64,000 nucleotides of DNA from Octopus sinensis (taxonomy: Eukaryota). Shown here piece after piece: positions 13,097 to 27,042 of this stretch; the first letter of the stretch is position 1; each line of letters starts with the position of its first letter. A model generated the notes under the pieces. That model searched no databases. It was not told where the DNA came from and saw only the letters and a list, made by a program, of their open reading frames with translations. Made by a program: the position numbers and the translations under genes. The stretch is taken from NCBI RefSeq assembly GCF_006345805.1, contig NC_043003.1, positions 63,984,001-64,048,000 of the forward strand, given 5' to 3'.

Positions 13097-13500
13097 TTCT
13101 CAGGGAGATTCAGCGTGAAACAGAATGAAACAGGGCTGGCTGATCCTTTGAATTACGGTTACAGCTCGTTTTTGTCACCCGAGTCGACTGGAGCAGTGTG
13201 TGAAATGACTGGCATTCCGTCGGTTACGACGGAGAAGGTTCCAGTTGATCTGATCAACGGAACGGCCTGCTCGGGAAATTAACGCGCAAGTGGTTGTGTA
13301 CTCCACAGACTCGCGTACTCTTAACGTAGTTCTGAGAGAGATTCGGCGTGATACAGAGTGTGACAAGGCTGAACCTTTGAATTACGGGTACAACTCGTTT
13401 TTGCCAGCTGAGTGAAATGGAGCAACGTGAAATAAAGTGTCTTGCCCAATGACACAGCGCACTGGCAGGAATCGAACACACGACTTTATAGTCGTGAGCC
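13097..13500 (-). mobile_element. SINE family E fragments
   Basis: The motif gtgtgacaaggctg..ctttgaattac..gccagctgagtg..aaataaagtgtcttgc recurs at about 20600-20810, 21320-21600 (opposite strand) and 41565-41740. Confidence 0.7.
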
Positions 13501-14249
13501 GGAAATTGAAAGAAGCCCGTCGAATATATGTATATAGTTGTGTGTCTGTGTTTGTCCCTCCGCCCCCGCATCGTCGCTTAACAACCGATGTTGGTGTATT
13601 TACGTCCCCCGTAACGTAGCGGTTCGTCAAAACTGACCGGTAGAATAAGTATTAGGCTTACAAAAATAAGTCTTGGGGTCAATTTGTTCGACCAAAAGCG
13701 GTGCTCCAGCATGGCCGCAGTCAAATGACCGAAACAAGAAAAAGGAATAAAAGAAAAGAAAAATATAATTTCTTATGGTCCTCGAAGGGACGTATGAACC
13801 CCTGTTGAGAACCACTGGTTTAAAGTAACAACAGTTGATAGAACCTAATTTAAGCAGGATCTCCCGCTACACATCCTCATCTGTTGCTTACCAGTCATTA
13901 AAGGCCTCTTACCCTCACCATATACTAGGGCAGTGCATCCCAACGTGTTTCTTTCTTGCCTTCACTGATAGTTTTTCAACGTTCAAGCAGCGCTGTCTTG
14001 GCAGCCATTGTATGTTGCTTGTGGTTATGCAGAGTACATTGTTTGGCATTCTGTATAATTTGTTATGATATTGTTGTTAGGAAGAGATTAAAAAGCTTAG
14101 AAAGGATTGGTGTAATCCAAGATGGATCAAATGTTACAAAGTGTTATTGTTTCTTTGCATCAGCGAAATGCCACGTTTATCAGTGTTCTGTGTACGTCTG
14201 TTTGAAGTCTTTACTTCTTTATATCTGTAGAGTTATTGCGTGTAATTTC

Positions 14250-14798
14250 CAGTACATCTATGCTCTTTTATCACTGGTATTTGAGTCCATAAAAACAGCG
14301 ATAAACGAAATGGCGATAAATTAAACATCTCCACACACCTTGTAAATGGAACGAATGGTATATCCATTAACACCAAATTCGTGGCCCAGCACTACGAAGC
14401 TTCTACCGTCATGTATTTTCTTGATAATCTCTACTTTTCCAGTTAAAAAAAAAATATTCTCATCTGCATCGTTTGTTAGGATCAGGCGCCTTTATCTTGG
14501 AATGAATGATAGATTCATTGACACCAAACCCGCGATCTCCAGCAGCGAAGCTTCCACCAACACGTATTTTCTTCCATTCAGCCTTTTCCTATAGAGAGAA
14601 TAAACATGTCTGCGGAGCATTGTGAAGTGGTCACTTAGGTGTGTGTTTGCAGTACAAGCAGAAATCTTCGACTGATCTCCGACCCGTGTTGTCACAGATG
14701 AATCCGTCATAAGTGTAACCTTCTTCACATTTAAGCATACCGCGTTATTCCGAATTAGTAATAAGTGGATCAGGGATACTCGGGGGCTACATGTACTG
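14250..14798 (-). mobile_element. pogo/Tigger-like deleted element
   Basis: Ends cagtacatcta / tacatgtactg. The minus-strand peptide KVEIIKKIHDGRSFVVLGHEFGVNGYTIRSIYK is a psq-type HTH typical of Tigger transposases. Confidence 0.6.
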
Positions 14799-14903
14799 TT
14801 TGTGGTTTCTGTCGTATGTTTGTGGCACTGAGTACGATACTTCGTTATACTTGATATTCTGTTACGATGTGATTTTGACAGAAGATTGTGCAAATTAGCG
14901 ATA

Positions 14904-15293
14904 CTAGCAGTATCGCCCGGCGATGCTCGGGTCTGTTTCGACCCTTTAGAATTGGAATTTTTGAAAAGTAAAAATTTGGCATTATGTAGCTTGTTGTTCT
15001 CTTTAAGTGAACATTTTTCTGGTTGAAACACACCGAAAAATGGCGACACAGCAGTCAAAAAATCATAAAAAATAGGGATTTTCAGAGAAAAAAAGCACCT
15101 TTTTGATATAAATAATGTTTGGCCTTAACATGGTCCGATTTGAATTCTATCTTCTAGGGAATGAAGAGAAAGCCTTCTTCTATCATACTCTCAATTTTGG
15201 TCAACTTGCGCCGCAGGGTCTCGGAGGAGATAGTGTTAGTTGAAGGCTACCAAACCTGCCATACACAGACAACTTCAGCTTTATATATATAGA
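14904..15293 (-). mobile_element. Non-autonomous Helitron (complete, 390 bp)
   Basis: Minus strand starts TCTATATATATAAAG and ends with hairpin CCCGAGCATCGCCGGG then CTAG. Inserted between A and T, with no TSD. Confidence 0.85.
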
Positions 15294-16009
15294 TTAAGGA
15301 TTCAGTCTTCTAAAAGTTTTGAGGTGGCGCATGCGCGTGATATGTGTCTAAATGGTGCCACTTGACTTCAATTTTTATCGATAATTTTTCCCCAGCTTCA
15401 ATATTTCTGATATCCGGCAGGGTTCGTTCGAGCAGTTGTAGAGGTTAGAACGTGCAAGGATTCCTTCAGGCACATCACTGTCTTAGTTATATCTTTGTAA
15501 ATTTGTTTAGCCCGAAGGCTTTTCAGTTTTAGGATTTTTCTATTACGTTTCTGATGCCTGATAGGAGCAAATACGAGAAGATTCGTAGTTAAAACGTTGT
15601 GCAGGAACGTTCAAAATCTCCGCAGAGAATCTTTTAAGTTCAGTGATACAAATTTCCTGTTTAAAAGTGATCTAAAATTTGAAAAAGGAAAACTTCCATC
15701 AAAAATTTCAAATTAATTTTGGTCCTAATTGCCAGATTAATGACTTAATGACAATGTTACTGTACTAAATTCTTCATTATTATCAAAATTAATTGAAACA
15801 AAGCCAATAATTCAACAAATATATAACAACAGTTAAATAGAAGTTTATTGGTTTTATTCACATATATGCGTATGTGAGTGTGTATATACACATACATACA
15901 TGCATATCTATCTATATATATGCTGTTGATAATAAACAATTATTAACTTCACAATCCCCTTTTTCTTCCTCTTTTAAGTGAATAAAAACTATATGTTTAT
16001 ATATTCTCT

Positions 16010-16397
16010 TTTACTCTTTTACTTGTTTCAGTCATTTGACTGCGGCCATGCTGGAGCACCGCCTTTTAATCGAGCAACTTGACCCCGGGACTTATTCTTT
16101 TGTAAGCCCAGTACTTATTCTATCGGTCTCTTTTGCCGAACCGCTAAGTGACGGGGGACGTAAACACACCAGCATCGGTTGTCAAGCAATGCTAGAGGGA
16201 CAAACACAGACACACAAACATATACACACACATACATACATATACATATATACGACAGGCTTCTTTCAGTTTCCGTCTACCAAATCCACTCACAAGGCAT
16301 TGGTTGGCCCGGGGCTATAGCAGAAGACACTTGCCCAAGATGCCGCGCAGTGGGACTGAACCCGGAACCATGTGGCTGGTTAGCCACTCCTGCGCCT
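16010..16397 (-). mobile_element. tRNA-derived SINE family B with internal microsatellite
   Basis: Minus strand: ggcgcaggagtggc..gggttcagtccc head, internal (TA/TG)n, tail ccagcatggccgcagtcaaatgactgaaacaagtaaaaga. Confidence 0.85.
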
Positions 16398-17578
16398 ATA
16401 TATATATATTATTTTAAGGAAATTCATTCCCCGAAAATACTAGGTATTGAACTAGCTGGGGCTAGCTAATGCTTTGTAAGTAATTTTGGTAGATGAAAAT
16501 TCTGAGGAATCTCGTCGCGTGTTTATACATATATAGACACAAACACAAACACACATATATATTGTATTATACATACACGCACACATACACACATGTAAAC
16601 ACACATGTAAACACACATGCCTTTGTGTTGTTTATCCTACCACCACTGCCTGACAATAGGTGTTGATTTGCTTATATCCCCGTAACTTAGCGGTTCGGCA
16701 AAAACGAACCGACAAAATAAGCACCAGACTTGAAAATAAATATCGGGACCTATTTGTACGCTTAAACCCCCCGAAGGAGGTTCCCCAGCATGGCCACAAT
16801 TCAATGATTCAAGCAAGTAAAAGTTAAAGGTCTTTTAATCGACAAATTTCAAACCCAGAATTTTCAGCGTAATTCTGACCAATGTCGTTAGATTTCGGCG
16901 GTTTTTTAAAATGTCAACGCCAGCGTGAAGAAAAAATAAAAAACCATTCACGCTCTTATACTCTTATACTGGCCATTTCATCACCTGCTGATGAAGATGA
17001 GGGTGTATATATAATTTTATATACACTTTTCTGATAGAAACATGGGTTCCATGTCCAAGAAACAGATATATAAAACAAGCATGCTTATTATAAAGTAAGT
17101 ACCTTGTTGTATTTTCGCTTAATCGGTCCATTTTACTTAGTTTTATATATTTGTATATTATTTCTCTCTAAGTGGATTTCTTGGTATTTCATTGGGCCCT
17201 TTGAATATTTCTTCATCACAAAGAAATATTCTTGTTTTGTCTACGAAATATTTATTGCTATTAATAATATTTTCACAGCCATACTTGCTGGATTTTACCA
17301 CCAATGTTTCTTGTGTGTGGGGTGTGAATATATATATATATATGTATACTTACGCATATATACATATATGTATATATACACACATGTATAATATACATAT
17401 ATATACATATGTATAATACGCATACACACATACACGAACTCGTGTATTTATATATATAGATATAGGCTGCAAAACGTGTGTGTGTGTGTGTGTATAGACA
17501 CGCTTATATACACTCAGTGCTCGTGTGTATTTACGCACGCGAGCGTTTATGTAAACCAATGTGTGTGTGTGTATACAT

Positions 17579-17686
<108 letters not shown>

Positions 17687-17692
17687 TACACA

Positions 17693-17895
17693 CACACCCA
17701 CGCCCGTAAAGGGACGTAACTCAATACGGTACGAAAGCAATTTCTCCATTTCCTTTTTGATAGGTATCAACTATTCACAAATAATTATCTCGTGATGACA
17801 GACAATTAGATGGTTGTTGAAACTGTCAGACAATCGGGTATGAACCATACATACATACATACATACGTACATACATAGACGAACGGACGGAGATA

Positions 17896-17965
<70 letters not shown>

Positions 17966-17994
17966 CACACACACACACACACACACCACACACA

Positions 17995-18082
<88 letters not shown>

Positions 18083-18281
18083 CCACGCCCGTAAAGGGAC
18101 GTAACTCAATACGGTACGAAAGCAATTTCTCCATTTCCTTTTTGATAGGTATCAACTATTCACAAATAATTATCTCGTGATGACAGACAATTAGATGGTT
18201 GTTGAAACTGTCAGACAATCGGGTATGAACCATACATACATACATACATACGTACATACATAGACGAACGGACGGAGATAA

Positions 18282-18314
<33 letters not shown>

Positions 18315-18363
18315 CCAGACAGACAGACAGACACACACACACACACACACCACACAACACACA
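17693..18363. repeat. Tandem duplication of a ~385-bp unit bounded by (TA)n
   Basis: The unique part cccacgcccgtaaagggacgtaactc..cgggtatgaaccatac is identical at about 17697 and 18081; only the microsatellite lengths differ. Confidence 0.92.
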
Positions 18364-18989
18364 CTGACTGGTAATTTACCATTATGTACCACCGTATGAA
18401 TGTGCTGTTTTTATTATAAGTTTTGTTTACTCTAGTATGCAACCTTCTGAAAGTATCCTTGCTTGTTTTGGAAGATAGATGTGACTCAGTCGTGAGGAAT
18501 TGTTTTTAAAAAGATTCAAGACCGATTGGTTCGATCCCTTTCTCTGACTGCTAAAAAAGCAATCGTGGGGTGGAGTTCACTGCAACGTATATACGTATGT
18601 ATGTATGTATGTATGTATGTATGTATGTATTATGTATGTATGTATGTATGTATGTATGCATGTATGTATGCATGTATATATATATATATGTATATATATG
18701 CATATATACATATATGTGTATGTATATATTTGTGTCTGTGCTTGTCCCCCAACCATCGTTTGACAACCGATGCTGGTGTGTTCACGTTCCCGTAACATAG
18801 CGGTTCGGCAAAAGAGACCGATAGAATAAGTACTAGGCTTACAAAGAACAGGTCCTGAGGTCGATTTGTTCGACTAAAGGCGATGCTCCAGCATGGCCGC
18901 AGTCAAATGACTGAAACAAGTAATTGATGAAATTACACACATATATATGTACAGAGAGTGAAGGAGAGAGTACTGAATAACTAAATATA

Positions 18990-19206
18990 TTTCTTTAATG
19001 CCCGCAAGGGGGACAAACAAGGAGAGACAAAGGGATTAAGTCGATTACATCGACCTCAGTGCGTAACTGGTACTTATTTAATTGACACCGGAAGGATGAA
19101 AGGCAAAGTCGACCTCGGCGGAATTTGAACTCAGAACATAACTGCAGACGAAATACAGCTACGCATTTCGCCCGGTGTGCTAACGTTTCTGCCAGTTCGC
19201 CGCCTT
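18990..19206 (-). mobile_element. SINE family A
   Basis: Reverse complement of the family A core and head. Confidence 0.85.
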
Positions 19207-19433
19207 ACTGAATAACTATATAAGAGGTTGGGAGAAAGAAAGAAAGATAATTGAATATAAATATATGAACACAGAGAAAGAAGGAGGAACGAAGGAAGGA
19301 AAAATAAATATTACAGGGTTATCGAAACAATTTGAAATTCATTCTGAGTGAAGTTAAACGCGGGAATTATGAGAATTCCTGTTTCAGACCCCTTGGGTGC
19401 CATTAAGAACTTTTAGTAATAAAAGGGATCTAA

Positions 19434-20056
19434 CAGTAGCGTAGGGATGAACCCCCATAGAAATATCTTCTGTCTGGGGATCACAGGGAGTTATTTCAGC
19501 AACAATCATCGGTTAGATGCCTTTGGGAACCAATGGTGCGACCAAATAGGGAATTGTTTGTCAATTTCACTCCGTTGGGTTTTAAACGTTATTAAATAAG
19601 AGAACTGCGATGAATCAGTCTTGTAGACAATTAAGAACTGGTGTTTGATTTTAACTTTCGTATTTATATTTGTAATAAAGGCTTTTTTATATTGCTATAT
19701 AATCTGATAAATCGTGAAGGGAAGAAGATAGAGTTTTAGGGAGAGGATTAGGAAAAATTTTTTTGGCATTACATGTTTTATTTTTTTCGATATACTTCTC
19801 GCTAGTTTGAAGTTATATTCAGTGCTGAATTTATATATAAAAAAAAAAAAGTTAACGGAAAACGAAATACGGTGACATAGCGAGAATGTGTGCCGCACGG
19901 AACAGCCCTTAAGTTTGCCGCCCGACCCCCACGGGACCCGTAGGCTTATACAAACTGGTACTACAGACCCCAAAATGCCGCCTGCCCCCTTCAGAGCGCC
20001 TCCCCTCTCCTGGGCGGGCTAACCCCCACGTCCTCCCTGTTCCAATTACGCTACTG
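19434..20056. mobile_element. Possible non-autonomous DNA transposon (CAGTAGCGTA termini)
   Basis: cagtagcgta at 19434 and tacgctactg ending at 20056, with a GC-rich subterminal region; no TSD recognised. Confidence 0.35.
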
Positions 20057-20842
20057 ATGAAAATGATATCAATAATGTCATTTATATTAAAGTTATTGAA
20101 TGTGCGTGCGTGCACGCGCGCGCGTGTGTGTGAGAGAGAGAAAGACAAAGAGAGAGAGAGATTTAATTAGACCGTATACGGAACCGTGAGGGAGTTTCAG
20201 CACAGTAAAGCGATCTGCTAGAAAAAGCAGCCAAATTTCCCTCAAACTGGGTATCTTTTTTTTTCTTTTATCTTTTACTTGCTCCAGTCATTGGACTGCG
20301 GCCATGCTGGGGCACCGCATTGAAGAGTTTTACTTGAAAGTATCGACTCCAGGACTTATCATTTTATCTTTTTAAAGTATGGTATTTATTCTAGCGGTTT
20401 CTTTTGATGAACCGCCAAGTTACGAGAATGTGAACATACCAACCCCGGTTTTCAAATGGTGAGGACGGTGACATACACACACACACACACACTTTGGTCG
20501 ACTCAGGGCTATCGTGGCAGACACTTACCCAAGGTGTCACGCAGTGGGGACTGAACCCGAAACCACACGGTTACAAAACGAGCGTTTTAACCACACGTTC
20601 ATGTCAGCACCTATTCTAGAGAGATGAATGGTTCTCCGTCGTTCGACGATGAGGATTCAGTGGTTGAACCAACTGAATTAACTATTCATTGAATTAACGT
20701 AAAAGTGGCTAACTGGCTGAGTAATCCTCAGTCACATGTACACCGAATCAAAGAGAGACAAAGTGTGTGACAAGATTGTACTCGTTGAATTACGGATACA
20801 ATTCATTTGAGGGGCAAGTACAGTTTCCTTCTCTCCTATCAC

Positions 20843-20963
20843 ATAGTTCCGGGTTCAGTCCCACTGCGTGGCACCTTGGGCAACTGTCTTCTACTGTAGC
20901 CTCAGGCCGACCAAAGCCTTGCGAGTGGATTTGGTAGACGGAAACTGAAAGAAGCCCGTCGTA

Positions 20964-21007
<44 letters not shown>

Positions 21008-21225
21008 GTGTGTGTGTCTGTGTCTGTGTTTGTCCCTCCAGCATCGCTTGACAAGCGATGCTGGTGTGTTTACGTCCCCGTAACTTAGCGGTTCGGCAAA
21101 AAGAGACCGATAGAATAAGTACTAGGCTTACAAAGAATAAGTCCTGGGGTCGATTTTCTCGACTAAAAAGACGGTGCTCCAGCATGGCCGTAGTCAAATG
21201 CCTGAAACAAGTAAAAGTATAAAAG
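20843..21225 (+). mobile_element. SINE family B
   Basis: B-box region, internal (TA)n(TG)n and conserved tail. Confidence 0.85.
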
Positions 21226-23304
21226 AATTAGAATATCAGGGCCAACTCGAAGTTTATGGGATCGAACTTGGAACCTCGTAGTTGCGATGCAAACTTCTTA
21301 ACCATTCGGCTATACTATGCGTGGCTTAGTAGTTAGGGTATCCGGCTGACAATCTTAAAGTCGTGAGTTGGATTCCAAGCGTTACATTGTGTCCCTAAGC
21401 AAGACCTATTATTTCTCGCTGCTCCTGAAAAACGAGTTGTACCCGTTATTCCAAGGGCCAGCCTTGTCACACTCTATGTCATACAGAATCTCCCCCAAGA
21501 ACTACATTAAGGGCACACGGGTCTGTGGAGCGCTTAGCAACAGGCTGTTCCGTTGATCGAATTAACTGGAACACTCGTCGTCGAAGCCGACGGAGAGCCA
21601 GGCAGAAACTATATAAAAGGCGGAATATATATGACCTGAATATTTGAAATGCCTTCTTGCACAGTAGCAGTACATTTGCATAAACACTTTCGCAGACGAT
21701 GCTATAGTAGAAAACATCTTGCCCCAAGGCGATACTGTGGGATCGATCACAGAACCATGTGATTGGAAAATACACTTATTAAACTTAACGGCTGTACTTG
21801 AGTGCTTCTTCTTCATTTTTCCTTTCCTTTTTTTCTTCTTTTTTTCTGTCTTTGGTTAATTCTATTCTTCACAAAATTTGAATCTGCTGTTCGCTATTCG
21901 ATTTCAATTTTTGTCTATACCTATTTCATGCTTCTTTTTTCCTAAAGAGCATTGACAATGTAACTGAAGCGGAAGAACTTCAACAAGAAATCGAAACCCT
22001 CTCGCGGAGTTGGTTCGGTTTGTTTCCCAAGAGATTTGGCGTTAAATCATCCATCAAAACTTCTCATAAAAAAATATATATATATAAAAAAGAAAACAAA
22101 AAATAAGTAAATGTACCGAGACAATATAATTCTAAAAAATGATAATTTGAGGTCATGTTTCCATGTAGATCTTTCTGCTTCAATAAACATTCACCTTTAT
22201 TGGTTTTCCGCTAAGTTTTAAAACGAAGTATTTGAGAAACGTTGCGCTGGAAAACCTAAAAACAAACATTATTCATTGATATCTCTAAGGAATGATTGCA
22301 AGTGGTGCATGGAATAGGTTATATGGAATGTAAGAGGTAAGTTCATCGAGCGTGACAGCTTACAGTATAAGCGAGATAGAGAGAAGAGATGGTAGCTGGT
22401 GGCAGTGGTGATGGGAGGAGGTGTAGTAAGCAAGCTAATGAGAAAGAAAGAAAAAAAGGATTACAAGTTGAAAAGGAGCAAAGAGAGAGAGAGAGACAGC
22501 AAGAGAGTGATAGACATAGAGTGGGAAAGAGGGAGAACGAGATGAAAGGAGGGGCAGAAGGGAACGAGATAATTTGATAGAATATTGATAAAACGATAAA
22601 ACTATAGAACAATAACCGGACTAAATGACAGGAGACGGAAAGTGAAATATGGAGAGGGAGAGAACAGAAAGAAGAGGGAACGCTTAGAGAAGGAGAAGGT
22701 AACGGAAATGGAAACAAGCAGACGATCAGACAGAGAGGCAGGCGGACATGCTGACTGCTAGATGGACATAGAGCAGATGGCTAAAATTTTAAAGGGCTGT
22801 AGATACGGAGAGATATGAAGAAAAAGAATGATGTCGATAAATAAATAAATAAATAGGACAGGTCGTTTATGTGACATGAAGAGAGAGAGAGAGAGAGAGA
22901 GTATAAGATAGAAACAGACAGAAAGCTGGCTATATTAGATAGAGAGATAGGTAGATGTGAACAAAGAGAAAGAGCAGTGAGAGAGAAAGAGGGGAGAGAG
23001 AGAGAGAGAGAGAGAGAGTAGGAATATACAGAAAGTAAGGAAAATTAGGAAAATAGATAAATAAATAAATAAATAGATAGAGACAGAGAGAGGTATATAG
23101 AAAGATATGAGCAGAGAGAAAGAGCAGTGAGAGGCGATAGAGAGAGAGAGAGAAAGAGAGAAAATAAGAATATACAGGAGGAAAGGAAAATTATGAATTA
23201 CAGAGATGATAGATAGATAGATAGATATGAACAAAAAGAAAGAGCAGTGAGAGAGAAAGAGGGGGAGAGAGAGTAGGAATATACAGAAAGGAAAGAAAAT
23301 TATG

Positions 23305-23343
<39 letters not shown>

Positions 23344-24120
23344 GCAGCATATTAAAAGCGCAGTGGCAACAAAGCGGGTTATGTGTGAACCCAGCGGACT
23401 TTATTATAATCCAAGTGACACAGAAGCAGGAATGAGATGCTATAACTTTATATCGTTTAAGCCTTCCTTGCTGGACTCGTATGACAAACCTATAGAAATT
23501 ATTGACATTATAACTTGCCAACGTCTCGTGTTATCAGGTGTGAGATTCACTTTGTTCGTTTATTTTAAAGCCTTTTGTCAATATTAATCTGAATGCCTCT
23601 TTCAGAAATCGAGATAAGGTAAATAAGGCAAAAGAATGAGGGAGAGAGAGAGAGAGAGAGAGAGAGTGGTGGGGGACCTTTTGTCATACAATAGGATATT
23701 GTAATTGTTCTTTACGGTATGATGATACTCTTTAATTTATGGCTCAGCATTGCACAATGTTTGAACAGAGAAACCAAATCCTGGAGAAACAGGAAATCGT
23801 GTTGCAAGCTGATATATTTCATTGTAAAACTATAACAGATCGGCGAAATTCGTGGCCCCCGCTTCGTTTTTGTTGTTGCTTTCTCTTTGCTTGTTTCAGT
23901 CGTTGTACTAAAGCCATACTGGGGCACCGCCTTGAAGGATTTTAGTCAAACTGATTGACCCAGTACTTCTGTAAAGTCTGGTACTTTTTTCGTCTGACTC
24001 TTTTGACGAACCCTTAAGTTACGGGAACATAAACTAACCAACCGGTGTGGACCAAATACGGACATAAAGATACACGTGCGCGCGCACATATATTTTGCAT
24101 TCTGTTCTTTTTACCTTTGC

Positions 24121-25430
24121 CTTTACATGGGACAAACTGGTCGACGCCTGCTTGGATGACCGTTCTACGGGGCACTTACGGGACATTAGACTCAGTAATG
24201 ACACCCCAATTTCGCGCTACTTCTGCTCGGCTGGTCATTCCCTTCAACATCTGTCAGTGTTCGAACTCGTCTGGCACACAAACCCCTCAGACTCTCGTCT
24301 CCGTCTAGAGCAGGAATTGTCATTTTTTCTTTCTAACTTTCACTCCCATCGGTCTAAATTCTCAACCCCTTTTCATTTAACTCTACGTTTTTCCAATTCA
24401 CACACCATCCGCCTCTTACGCTTCATTACATTCCACCTTACACCCACATCAAACCGTTTAGCAAAAATTCCATCATACACAGCAACACGTTTAAACAGCA
24501 TACATTTCTCGTTAGTATAGTCATAGGTATGCCCACCTGTCACGCGGGAGACCGGGTTCGATTCCCCGCCGGGGAGGCATTATTCTTTGGGTTAGATGGG
24601 TGATGATGAAGGAACAAAACTCCCGAAAATGGCATATACGCCCAATACCCATTTTTTACGAAAGGCGGTGCTCCAGCATGGCCCAGCCTCTGGCTGAAAC
24701 TAATAAAAGAATAAACGAATACACTTGCTGCTACTCTTACACACGTAATAGCACCTACACTTCAATCACAGTCCAACGTGCCACCCATATACACACATAC
24801 AGTAACAAGAATATTTAAACACACCTGCACTTCCCTGTCCTTACACATACTTATGTCACCTCGATTTCCCCAAACACGTCTACCGAGTATGACACACACG
24901 GTAGCCTCATATACTTATATACACACACGCACGCACGCACACATACGCCAGGTTTACATTTGTTCCCCTTGTCACTCTCGCCTAAAGTGACCTCTGCACC
25001 ACTTCCAGTCACTTCACCATGCTGTGGTGGTTGTATACATATGCATTCCTTTTCTCCGTTTAATTTCTCTGTTTGGGGTGGGGTTCTTGCTTTGTTTTTG
25101 TTTTGCTTTTCCCCCCTCCTTGCCTATCCTTTCTTTCAGAAAAATAAAGCGTATAGTCGAAATGTAAAAGACTTTTCCTCCCTTTTCCCTCCACTATTTC
25201 CTAAACACCGACTGAAAACGCTGTTTGATTTTATTCTTACCTCGTCTTTGTCTTATATATTTTACTGGGATTATCTACTCTTTCTCCCTTTTCCTCCTCT
25301 CTGGACCTTTTCCTTTCTTCGACGAAGCGCTCTGCTCGAAACGTCGATCTGTTCGTCTATCTAAAACTTACCCTGACTGTCAGTTTCATAAATTCACTGT
25401 GTACGTCCAAATTGACTTTTGTTGCTTCTT
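24121..25430 (+). mobile_element. Penelope-like element 3' relic (GIY-YIG endonuclease C-terminus plus tail), interrupted at about 24500-24720
   Basis: LYMGQTGRRL /frameshift/ DDRSTGHLRDIRLSNDTPISRYFCSAGHS..RLRLEQEL. The tail carries degenerate hammerhead-like ..gctcgaaacgtc motifs (about 25140-25175 and 25315-25350). Confidence 0.8.
24506..24576 (+). tRNA. tRNA-Asp(GTC) pseudogene
   Basis: ttctcgttagtatagtcataggtatgcccacctGTCacgcgggagaccgggttcgattccccgccggggag closely matches metazoan tRNA-Asp. The D-loop GG is lost, the T-stem lacks one G, and there is no encoded CCA or T4 terminator. Confidence 0.85.
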
Positions 25431-25467
25431 TCCTTGTTTTTTTTTTTTTTTAATTTTTGATTACGCG

Positions 25468-25626
25468 TAGGCGAGACTCTGTGGTAAGAAGCTTTCTTCC
25501 AAACCACATGACTCCGGGTTCAGTCCCACCACGTGGCACCTTAGGCAAGAGTTTTCTACAATAGCCTTGGGCCAACCAAAGCCTTGTGAGTGGATTTAGT
25601 GGACGGAAACTGAAAGAAGCCCGTCG

Positions 25627-25681
<55 letters not shown>

Positions 25682-25875
25682 ATTTCCCCACTATCGCTTG
25701 ACAACCGATGTTGTTCGGTTTGCATCCCCATAACTTAGCAGTTCAGCAGAAGAGACCGATAGAATAAGTACTAGGCTTACAAAGAATAAGTCCTGGAATC
25801 GATTTCGTCGACTAAAACCCTTTAAGGTGGTGCACCAGCATGGCCGCGGAGTAACGACTGAAACGTGTAAAAGAG
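25468..25875 (+). mobile_element. SINE family B
   Basis: Full head, microsatellite core and tail. Confidence 0.85.
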
Positions 25876-26464
25876 TATTTGTGAGTGTGTGTGTGTGCAT
25901 CTATATGACGGGCTTCTGTACATTTTCCGTTTCCCAAATTCTCTTACAAAACATTGGTCGACCCGGGTCTATAGTAGAAGACACTTGACCCATAGTCTGC
26001 GCAGTGGAATTGAACACGAAATCATGTGATTGCAAAGCGAGCCCTTTAACCACACAGCTATACCTGCGTCTGTCGAGTAAATGTTTCCTTATTAAATAAG
26101 CAGTCAGTTGCAACCTGTGCGGCAACATTGATTTAGTTTTCGCATTGGAACAATAAACGTTTATGATAATTGACTTAGAAGAGGAAATAAATTAAGAAAA
26201 ATACTCGCAAGAGACAAAATGGGTAAAAGAGAGGAAGAAACATTGGTAAATTGAGGAAGAATTGAGAGAATGTTTGTGTCCATGTATGGAGACAGAAAGA
26301 GAGAGAGAGAGGTAGGTAGGTAGGTAGGTAGGTAGGTAGGTAGGTAGGTAGGTAGATAGATAAACAGGCGGACGGACGGACAAATGGACAGACGGACGAA
26401 TGGATGGATGGATGGACGAAAGAATGGGTGGATAGATATAGATAGACGAAAGAATGGGTGGGTG

Positions 26465-26510
<46 letters not shown>

Positions 26511-27006
26511 AAGAAAGAACGAGTGGGTGGATAGATAGAGAGATATAGACGAAAGAATGGGTGGGTGGATAGACGAAAGAGTGGGTGGGTGGATAGATAG
26601 ATAGATACACGAAAGAATGAATGGGTAGATAGATAGATAGATAGACGAAAGAATGGGTGGACAGACAAATAGATAGAGAACAATGTATAAGCGAATCAAA
26701 TTTGCTTCAGAAGTCAATATATTAGAAACCAGCAGAAATTTGATGTGCCTCTTTTAATATAAGACCAGTTATTATTTCTATCTAGAATCCCCAGAAGAGT
26801 TCACCAATATTTCATAACCATTATATTAACCTGGCACCATGTTTGTAGAACGAAAATTCAACCCCAACATATAATAAAGTCAAAGAAATTACCATAGCTT
26901 CTTAACCCTTCCATATTTCTTTTGACAGATAAATATACGTTTTGTTTGAGAAACTATCTGTTCCATGCGAACAGGGTTTAAGCCGTGTATATTTTCAGTT
27001 GACAGA

Positions 27007-27042
<36 letters not shown>

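Noticed and set aside
16987-17075. CTGATGA and CTGATAGA..GAAAC hammerhead-like words
   Set aside because: Helix II (acatgg/ccatgt) is present, but the core has an insertion and helices I/III are unconvincing.
23363-23587. 74-aa ORF in unique sequence
   Set aside because: GTG start, no recognisable domain and no supported splice partners; it may be non-coding regulatory DNA.
24506-24576. Functional tRNA-Asp gene
   Set aside because: It has lost the D-loop GG, has a T-stem deletion and an anticodon-stem mismatch, and lacks a terminator; kept as a pseudogene.
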